Shown: in pieces, positions 40,215-50,700 of the stretch | Position numbering within the stretch: the first letter of the stretch is position 1 | Layout of the letters: every line of letters begins with the position of its first letter | NCBI GenBank assembly: GCA_051362555.1 | Contig: CM120641.1 | Location: forward strand, 21,266,001-21,330,000 | From: Lingula anatina | Taxonomy: Eukaryota > Animalia > Brachiopoda | Length of the DNA stretch: 64,000 nucleotides | Reading direction: 5' to 3' | Position numbers and translations under genes: made by a program | Notes under the pieces: model-generated | What the model was told of the DNA's origin: nothing | Database searches by the model: none | Seen by the model: only the letters and a program-made list of their open reading frames with translations

Positions 40215-43200
40215 TCATTCTTCATTTCTTGGGGTCAACTTTATCCAAATCCCATGCTCAGGACGCAGGATGATTTCACTCACTGGGCGAAGTTCTTCAC
40301 GTTTTTGGGTTGATGTCATGTTGAATTTTCTTAACATGGCAGACAGCATGACTTTCTCTTCCATTATGGCAAATTTTTGGCCTATAATAAATCATAATAG
40401 TAAAACTATACATCAGCAAGTTTGAACAAGCCAGCTAAAGCCGAGACAGGCAACCTTACCAACCGTACCAATAAACATGGGACATTGATAAAATATAACA
40501 GCAATATACAAACTTTGGGACTTGACACCCAATGACAAAAAACTACTGCTAACCAACATTATTGAAAGAAATATTGAAACACGAAAAATAATCCAGCTAG
40601 TTTTCCAGCTCAAGTTGCATATAAGTCCCATGAATCATTGATGTAAGTTTGAGAACATTTAGTATCACAATTTCCACTTTCTTTTATTTTTGGCAATTTT
40701 GCAACATTACGTAATGGTTAACAGCATAATCACCCCCACTTTTTTCCATGTACTACTTTAATTATTGGCACCTAAAAAATGTAACTGGCTCCAGGCTTAT
40801 GAGAGTTCAAAGTCATGCATTGAAAATATCAATGACATGGGAAAACTGCCTGTCCAACTGGTCATGGGCACTTGACTTGCCAGAGGACCTGCAAGATTTT
40901 TGATATTGCAGGTCCTCTGGACTGGAAAGGTTTATTTGAAAATAATATACATATTAGTAAATCACATGTGAACTAAGAGATAATTAGTGACTATCATACT
41001 TACTTTGGATCGAACTATCTCCATGGGGATTCTCACTTAACTACACTTAACTTAAGCGGCTTAGATGTCTGTCACACCTACTGAAGCTGATAGGGGGTAA
41101 TTAACTATCATTTAGCAGCTTCAGTAGGCGTCCCACACATCTAAGCCACTTAAGCTGAAAGCAATTTAGTGAGAAACCCCGTGGAGATGGAGATGGACCT
41201 ATCCTGTTAGATTGATATAGGTATGGGAACCCAGTCTAAGTTTAACAGAAATTAAATACTTAGTCCAAACTTCCACAGAATGAGGAGGACCTGCAGATTT
41301 CTTGTAATGAAGGTCCACTGGACCTTCATTATCTCCAAAGTTCTTCCCATATCTGGACACATTCACAAAAATTGAAGAAAAATTTAAGAAAAATACCCAA
41401 TCACTTTGGTTTCTGAACCTGTGCTGCATTTTTGTCCGTTGAGTGTACGATGACAGTGACGGCAACAAAATGCAGGCGTTAGCCTTATGTCCAGACACGA
41501 AGTGCATGTCCATAAAAAGTATTTTCATTTCTAAATTCTAAGACATTTCTCAACTACCAGCCCTATTCATCCTTAAAGAAAATTTCACGAGAGTGTCGCA
41601 TTTTACCCAAGGCTCAATTAAATACAGATTTTTAAACTAGATGTATTAGATGCATAAATGTGATTCTCCTGATTCTTACCAATGCAGTTCCTCATTCCTG
41701 CGGAAAAGGGAGTGTAACTGTACGGGTGTCTCTTACGCGTGTTTTCAGTCAGGAATCGATCAGGATCAAACTTTTCAGGATCAGGGAAATACTTGGCATC
41801 CCGATGTAGAGCTGTCACAAGAATAATACCTTCAGTTCCCTTTGGAATCTTGAAACCTTCTGAATGATAAATATATTTTCATTTGAATATTTTGACAAAA
41901 TGTGAACAAGACCTTTTCCAAAAATTAAAACTTCTCTCTTTTTCAGGCATTTTGCTCAGATGATATACAAGTCATACATATAATACACACCACAGGGTAT
42001 TAAAGGTATACAAGCCTTATTAATCAATTTTATTAGTAAAAAAAAAATTCCTAAAAATGTCAACACCATCTGCTTAATCACCATGCATGGTGTACCACAT
42101 CCAAAACTATTAAAAAAATTATGATCTAAGTGTTCTAAGTTTCTAATTCTTGAGCCACTCTTGTTATTTGAGATAAATAATGGCAAATGACACTTGTGAT
42201 GGTATAAACTGGAAATATATGTACAATAACCAGATTCTTACTGATCTCACAATCCTCAGTGAAGGTTCTGGCATGAAAAGGCACTGATGGGTATATGCGT
42301 AAGGCTTCCTAAAGTTAGAAATAAAATTCTTTATGAAAAAAAAAATCCAAACAATTTAAAACTTAAAATTTGTCAATGAATTATCATTTACAAAATCAGA
42401 AGTGCGTTAATAAATACGACAGATACACGAAATTACTTTGTTATGTAATTACCATTCATAATTTCATATCCATGTGGCAACAAACTGAATGGCAAAACAA
42501 AACATGTATTTTCACTCTTTGACATAGCACAGTGAGATAAACAGTGGCTAGTGTACCAGCAACTACTGTTCCTTTAGTTTTTAAAGTGTTAAAACATTCG
42601 TTCCCTATCTACCTTAACTTGGGCACACAAAGTTATAATACATACCTTAATCACACATTCCAAGTACTTCATTTGTGCAATATCTTGTGGTGTAGCTCTT
42701 CTGTCGCTGTCACCTAAATTCACATAAAACCTACATGACCTTTGATGATTGGCAAATTTTTAAAAACCATTACTTTTAAGGAAAGAAAAAACTGTATTAA
42801 ATAACATTTCAGTCTACTCAATCTACTCAATAAAAGCATCACGTCTCTTTATAGAGTGTAACTGAACATTTAAAATCAAAGTGCATGGTCTTTAAAATAT
42901 GGATACCAAATATGCTGTCCATCTCTTCATGGAGCTTTTGCTGAACTTCTGGGTAAGCGCCAATAAAATAACTGGCCCAGGTCACCCCTGCTGCTGTGGT
43001 ATCATGGCCCTTAAAAATGAAGAAACAGTATACTGATTTTGAGAGAAGAAATCTGATGAAGTTCACTTCCTGTCAACAGTTCTCATTAATAGATATACAG
43101 TAAACAAAACTTTTATGAATACAGGGGTACTTCTTTTTCCTTTAGTAAGGTGAAAAGGTACATCAGTTTCTTTTAAAATTTTTACTTCAGGCAGGGTGTC

Positions 43201-46200
43201 AGTTTTGTTAATGAAAAGGGATATAAAAGCTTTTAATATACAAGCCCAGGCTGCCTAAATTTTTTAAAACAATACCACTCACATGAAGCAACCCTTTTTA
43301 CAGCTATGTGGCTAAATTAATTATGTTAGAAAGATTTTGGACAACAGCATTTACATAATGCTCATAATACAGAATGCATGAAAAAATCAATAAAGTAATC
43401 TACAATCAAATTTGCTTAATCTGTACATGGACAAAAAAATCCTCCCTTTGACTTTGAGACACACAAAAATCTAATCATCTTCTTACAAAATTTTACAAGA
43501 TATAGTAAATCAGTATAATGGGGTTAAGGTACAAAAGGTCTTTACAGGGTAAAATAAAATAAATTTCCCGTTGGGCGTGTATTAGTGAGAGATTTATGAT
43601 AACATGCCATACCTCAAACATGAACGTATCCACTTCCTCCCTAATATCTTCATCTGTAAGAGGAGTCTCAGTCTCTGAGCTGTGAAGCAACATGTCAAGC
43701 AATGCCAACTTTTTACGTCCACCTATCGACATATGGTCTTCACCTCCCTCACTGTACTGTTCCAGTGTTTTCTTCCTGTCTTGGATGAGGGATTTTTGAA
43801 ACTGTTCCTTTCGTTCAGCAATAACCTTTAAAAGTTTGATTAAAAATGTATGGTTCATAGCTGTCAAAATGCTCAAAACATTTAAGACAGCAAAGTTGTC
43901 TAATGAACAGGTTATACACTGATTAAAAAATAAATGACTTATGTCTTTCTTGTAAAAAAACCTTTAAGCTGTCAAAAATTGAGAAATTAGATTTTGTGAA
44001 ATGAATATCACTCAACAAAAGATGAACACATGGATCCGCTCTTATCTATATATATAAAGCAGATCAAAATTTGAGTCTCTGACTCATGCTTATAAAATCT
44101 GACATAATAAGCATATAATATCCAATTGTTTTCTTCACAGACCTTATTAGTAAAATTATGAAGCACTCGTAGACATTCTTTGGTTTCTTTTCCATCACCA
44201 AATATGTCATAAATGAGGCTGGGCCAAAACCATGGTTGCTTCTGCCTCTCGGACACTAGATAACAAAGCCTGGCAAAAAGGAAAGCTCTACAAATATGTG
44301 GTGCTATGCACACACACACACACGCACACATACACACACATTCTCTCTTTTTCACAACTAATCAATCAAACTTTAAATAAATTAACAAATTGCCAATATT
44401 TAAACGGCACACACTGTGTGGGTAGCTAAGCCTGTGTGCACACCCACCTATGTGTTACTTTACATATTTATAAAAAAAGTCCATATGTGAGTGGGTAACC
44501 TACCTGTAGACTGCCTTGACATAATCAGAATCACTGTCCTGCTGGGCATTAACTGTCTGCCCCATAGCCGTCTCTGTAAAATAAGAATTGTCATTGTTTC
44601 AAAAACAAAGAAATTAATGAGTTTTTTAGCTTATGATTATTTTTATGACATTAAATTGGTTGAATTTTGTCCATTACAATACCCAAGGCATATTGCTCTA
44701 TAATGTAATGATAGAACATATCAATAAGTAGTTGAATAATTTTTTCTTTGTTTTGGGGTAGTTTTTATATTGACATGAAATGAAAAAAAAACTAAAAATA
44801 TTGAAAAGTATGTTTATTGTGATTACCGTAGTATCAGAATAATAAAAACATATAAGCAATAAAAAATCATAAAAAGTCCTTGCCACAAATGATATCCAAT
44901 GCACAATGAGTGATGTAAGGAAATACATCAAAGGCAGGTCCTCCTACGTGTTTTGCCATCTTGTTGACCATAATGTCTGCCTGCTCACACATCACATTAA
45001 GAAAATTGTTCAGAATCTTGAAATGAAAAGCTGGAGTCAACATCTTCCTTCTTGTATGCCACTTTTCTCCTTTACTAAACAATAAAAGATGAAATGATTT
45101 ATTTGATCTGATATCAAGAGAAAACTTTACTACAGTTTGCATTGCTGAACATTTCACATGGATTTACTCATACACAAAACAAAATTTTAAATCTGCCCTT
45201 TAAAGCCTTATCTTACCTATGACTTTATCTTATTTTAGTTATGATAAGACTTTTCAAAACTTCACCAAAGAGCCTGGAAAGCAGGACTAAATTGTCACAC
45301 ATTAAGTTTAGAATGCTAGAAACGATTCACTTTTTACCACCACTACACAAGAGACAATTAGAAGTCTAGGCCATCATACTACATAAAAGGGCTCAACTTT
45401 TTCACAAAGAAAAGGTAAGTGAATATATATATCTATTATTCACGGTTACCTTATTAGTAGACCTGTGCCTAGCCAGGGTACAAGAAATCTGTAATCACTA
45501 GATTTCTCAGAATGCTTTGTACTGTTATAAAGTTCCTGAAAAAAAAAAGAAAAAATATTATACTTTTTTCTATGTACCTATGTTTAAATTTTTACATAAT
45601 AGTCTTTTAAACTTTTTTAACATGCACCTAACAAATAGATAGACCAAAACAAAAAAAAAATTTATAGGTCTGTATTATTACTTTGAATAAACAAATTGTG
45701 GTTGAAAACTAAGCAACATATCTACATAACATGTACCAAATTATTATGGTAACAAGAAATGTGCATGTCTCCAGCTCTGGCTTCTGTTCTAGCTCCTCTG
45801 GTTCAGACAAAGTTCCAGTAGGTGATGGCAATATGCAGAGACAATAAAACTATATCACAGTGTGTCTGAACATAAATTCATATACCTCCACAGTATCGGC
45901 ATGAAAAAGGATGACCCTTGGTGATTCTCCAAGCCACACACGGATTATCCCATGTTCTTCATAATCTTTACTATATTTCATTATCTGCTCATAGAAATCT
46001 GAAAGTGACAAAAATAATAACTATGTGAGATCTGAATGTGACAGAATAATAGCAATAATACAAATATATGTAGTTGGACGACATTGACTGCTACATTACA
46101 ACAGTGTCTACCTCAAGGACGCAACAAGTCCATCTATAAGTCTATTTTTATAATAAGCAATTAAATTTTGTATGTATTTTTAAAGCTTTATTGTTATACA

Positions 46201-47484
46201 AAATTAACAAACTTAACTTAAATAAGTTAAAAATTAACTTTTTCATAAAAATAATTTCCTGTGTTTACTTGAAATGTAATGACTTAATTGAGTTTATTCA
46301 CCAGTTAAACAGCAATGTACACTTGATAAATGGGGACCTACTAGTACCTTGTACCAAAAGCTTAGTTGAATAATTTTCTAAAAGGCAAACTATAATGCAT
46401 TATTCTTTTAAAAATCAAAAGCAAAAAATCTTGGGAATTTAATCTTATGAGAAAAGTATGATGTGTAAGAACATTTTTAAGCTCTTCATTTATAATCTTT
46501 ATGTCCTGAGTGAGTGGAATTCACAGTCCCTATCTCCATCATAGTATGGTACTGTAGTCTAAGTGTCTTAAAAATCATAACTTTGAAACTCAAAAACATG
46601 TAAGTTAATGATAAAGGGAAAAGTATCAACAGTTATAATCTATAGGAAATGTATTGCACTCATAGTGTGACTTAAATCATAATCATGTATTAGCAAGATG
46701 GGATCATTCCTACAGCATATCAGTCATCATTCGACAACTTATATTCCAAATATTATGAGGCAATATGGCAGGAAGATGAACATTATTTTAACATTATTCT
46801 AAATGCAAAGTTTTGGAAAATTTGAAATATTTCAATTTTTTGGTGCTAATAATGCCAGAATTAGCCAACATCTATGAATGTCCAAGCTGGGCCTACGTGT
46901 ACTTTGACATGAACTGTTACACATGATAAGCCAAATAGGTTAATGTTTAGTCAAATGAATATTTGCCACATAAAACCATCTTATGTCATTGGTCAATCTC
47001 TGGGGTCATTACCTGGTCAATACGTGGGCTGAAATGGCCAATGACATCAACGTCAAGGGTTTACCGTAGTTTCAGTTTGCATCACGATTACTATAGTCTA
47101 TAGTCAGGTAAACAAAAGCAGAAAGACAAGTGTCTGTATACAGAGATTACATTGAATTGGACTCCAGACTACTGTTTAACTTTAAATCTACAATATCTGT
47201 CCTAGGCTGTGGTACTTTAGACATTCGTACTTTGAACTGAGCTCCGACCACCTGACTACAGTGTATATGCAGACACCATAATAAAAAAACTAACCTGCGC
47301 CTCCAACTGCGAATTGATGCGTGTTTCCCACCAGCGGCAACGCTGGAGGCCCAGCCATCTTATCAAAATGACGTTTAGTTTTGAAATAATGCAAAGCATA
47401 TGCGACAAGCGTCGCAAATATAAACGTTATCCCAATCAAAGGAAGGGATGCACTGGTGTACACCGAAAAACTCTGTTCCGCCAT
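40215..47484 (-). CDS. CYP4V2: Cytochrome P450 family 4 (CYP4V-like), 12 coding exons, 524 aa
   Basis: Exons (-) 47484-47295, 45998-45886, 45535-45450, 45074-44884, 44573-44504, 44269-44143, 43825-43613, 43009-42907, 42713-42646, 42308-42242, 41859-41680, 40381-40215 (1575 nt). Motifs: N-terminal TM plus [14 protein letters not shown], the CYP4 I-helix [22 protein letters not shown] and heme [10 protein letters not shown]. Exon sizes 113/86/191/70/127/103/180 match my recollection of human CYP4V2, so the symbol means -like, not proven orthology. An in-frame upstream ATG at 47532 is possible. Confidence 0.92.
41017..41188. mobile_element. Multi-stem palindromic MITE-like element in the last P450 intron
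   Basis: Nested inverted arms: ATCTCCATGGGGATTCTCACT/AGTGAGAAACCCCGTGGAGAT, CTTAAGCGGCTTAGATGT/ACATCTAAGCCACTTAAG and CCTACTGAAGCTG/CAGCTTCAGTAGG. Confidence 0.75.
44574..44883 (-). other. Non-canonical GC-AG intron (P450 intron 4)
   Basis: The conserved IC-E-TAMG junction needs a phase-1 donor at TGTG|GCAAGG. No GT is available there and the resulting exon is 191 nt. Confidence 0.85.
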
Positions 47485-47705
47485 TTTGAACACTCGGATC
47501 ACATGACAATCAATCTTGTCACGTGACAGCATTTCCGCGAGATCTTGGGGAAAGCCGACAGTAAGTTGAACGTGTTGTCTCTAAAACCAATAGTTAATTG
47601 ATTTTTGGTTGTTTATTTATCAGAAAATACAATTTACCAATAAAGCTATGCCAGTGCCTTGTCATATTCATTTTAAAGAACCAAATGATCATCTTTTGAT
47701 TCAGA
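47485..47705. promoter_or_regulatory. Bidirectional promoter shared by the CYP4V-like gene and IPMK
   Basis: Only 221 bp separate the divergent ATGs. The interval is CpG-retaining and has a 12-bp palindromic E-box TGTCACGTGACA (47517-47528), an M-box-like TCACATGAC (47499-47507) and a CGCG-element-like TTCCGCGAGA (47533-47542). Confidence 0.75.
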
Positions 47706-50700
47706 ATGACGCTAGAAAATACGCTCGTCAAGGAGAGTAAAAATGAAGCCGAAGAACTGGAAAGTGTCTCAGAGAAACCGCTTGAAAATGATGTTCGAGA
47801 AAAAAGACCAAAGACACCTCCCCTTCCAAAAGGAACTCAAACTCTCGAGCATCAGGTCGCTGGCCACAGGCATGGAAAGAGTAAAACAAAATTAGGTATT
47901 TGAGTGATATCTGCGATAAAAATTTGTTAAGTTATTCGGCTGTGGTATCACAGAATATTACTCGGAACAAACGTGAGACAAAAGGGGCTTTGGGACGTAT
48001 TTTTTGGAACTCAATCTGTCGACTTAAAAAACTGTTATACATGTTAAGTATCTGCGCCCTCTTCACTTCATTTTTCATTTCTGGATTATATACATATCAT
48101 ATATATTAAAAAAATGTGTTGCTTTCATTCATCAAGAGGAGATTGTGTCTGACAAATACCCAACATTTCTAGGAGCCACAGGAGTAAAGAGATTTAAGAC
48201 CGCCACCATTTCTAGTAGTTAAGACCACCACCCACTGTTTTAGATAATTTTATATCGGGGTAACATGGAGTTTTGAGATGCCCCCTCATCCATTTGACAT
48301 TAAGCATGCACATATTTGACTTCATTTCAGGTTTTCTTCAAAATACAGATGGTACTGTCCTGAAAGCCATCCAGTCTCCTCCAAGAGGAATGAGAGAGCT
48401 GCAGTTTTACCAGAATGTTTTTGATGAAAATCAAACAAACTCAGCTTTAATATCTCTGAGACAATTTATGCCTAAATACCTTGGAACCTACAGCTCTCCA
48501 GAATTACCAAATGGTAAGTTGATTGAAAATTATCGATTCTATTAAATGAATAAATTTAATTCTTAAACATAATAACATAGCATGCATTGGCTGGTCACTA
48601 ATTGTGATTTCTGACAGAAATTTTATTGTTCACTTTGGTGTAAAATCTAAGTTTTAAAGTTGTAATATTTTGTAGCATTACTTTTGCTGGATAATGGTAG
48701 ATTTTTAGTCTTTATGATTTGGTTTTTGTAATTCATATTTACATTTCTACTAATGTTCAACATTATAGTTATAAATGAAGTGTTGTTTGTTACTATGCAT
48801 AAATTGTTTTTCAAGATCCAATACTAATTTCATAATGTCAGAATTACTTTATGAATAAGAAAGTTTGAGGCATTTTTCTCTAATTTCTTTAGTTATTGTT
48901 GAAGTGTGGTTTTGGGATATTCTTTGTTATTATTTTTCTGGGATTATGAGCATGTTTGTGTAAGAATGAATGTTTTCACCATCATACGGAAGAAAGGTTG
49001 TCACCATCACGTTTGATAAACATTAAATCTCCTATTTGATTAAGTCATTTTCATTACATGTATATATGGATAACATGTGAATGTATTTGGAAAGGTGCCC
49101 TTTCTGTAGTCACTGGAACAACTACACCTATGTGCCACTGCAGAGTTTTTGCCACATATTTAAGCTACAGAAATCACAAAATTATTCAGTCTGTTTTTGC
49201 ATATCACCTATTCTATAACACTTGGTCATAGATTCTAATTTTAAAAAAAAAAATTAATATGTTTTGTATTTATATATTCTGAAAATAATTTTGAGCACAT
49301 TTTTTAGATGGCTGGATTGTTTATTTGTCAGCTTTGTTGTCCGATAGTGATCACAATATCATTTTGTATCTTCTTCATAGTCACTTTCATCACAGTTGTG
49401 AAGTACTGTGGTCATGAGCATTTTGCTTATACATTCCAGCTTCTTGCATACTCCTTACCCACTCTACCAGATAAAGTGATAAGAGCATGCATTGAACTTT
49501 TGCATGTCTGTGCCTGTTGGTCATTATGTGGATTGATATTACATTATTTAGGGGTTTGCATATCAAAATAAACACAGTTTGAAGAATTTGCTCACATCAT
49601 CACTTGTGCAAAATGGGTATGCCAGTTTTGTATACCAAAAAGTGCCCAAAGTATGAGGGTCTTGATGTCACAATTAAGCCAGCTATGCTGGGTAGAGGAG
49701 AATTGCCCCCAGTACCTGAAACTGAAAGGGGGTATCAAACTGAAAGGTTCCCAAAATGTTATACCGCATTTCAGTGATGTACCTCGTGATGGAAAAGGTC
49801 ACTCAGCCTTTTGCAGAGCCCTGTGTGTGCGACCTAAAAATGGGAGCCAGAACTCATGACCCTGAAGCAACACCAGCCAAAATTGCCCGTGAAAAGGCAA
49901 AATATCCGTTCTTAGAAAACGTTGGCTTTCAATTCCAAGGCTATAGTGTAAGTACAAACTGGCTGCCATTTGCTTTTTTTTTCTAGTAGAGTGTATGGTT
50001 TGCTCACTGTTGTTGTATGTAGTGAACTTTTGCTGAGGTGCACACAGACTTGTTCTTAGACCCAGATCAATGTAGGTCTACATTACACCACCAGGCAAAC
50101 AATTGAGTAAACCAGTTATTTGGCAGTTTAAACCATCGGGTATCCGACAAGTCACTGGTCGATTTCATTTGGTTGTTTGGTGATGGAATTGGGACCTGAA
50201 GTTGTTGCCTGTCATTGTGTTGAAACTCATATCAAGATATGGTTTGGATGTTGTATTGCACAAATCTATGCCACCTAGCTATTACAGATGGTAAGCTGTA
50301 AAAAGCATTGGCCATAGAAAGTTTTTGTTTGACTTGATGTTGATGTTGAACTTTTTTCTTTGCCTCTTTCAAAATGCCTTCTCTTATTTAAAAAAAAATA
50401 GATGTTTGTAACCTTGATGACATTTCAGAAGTTTTAATGCTTACTGCTGCCTTACTAGGTCGTCCCCTCTAACAGCTTGTTTCTACTTCCTGGGAAAGGG
50501 GATTAACACTGGCTGTTTCTCTTCCAGTCTTATACCTGAGAATGGATGATATATGTAACACATTCTCACAGCCTTGTATAGCCGATACAAAAATTGGCCC
50601 AGTAACATATGATCCTGATGCCAGCCAGGAGAAAAAGAAGCATGAACTTGCCAAAAATTCTTGTCTCCCCATTGTGGGGTTTCAGCTGTGTGGATTGAGA

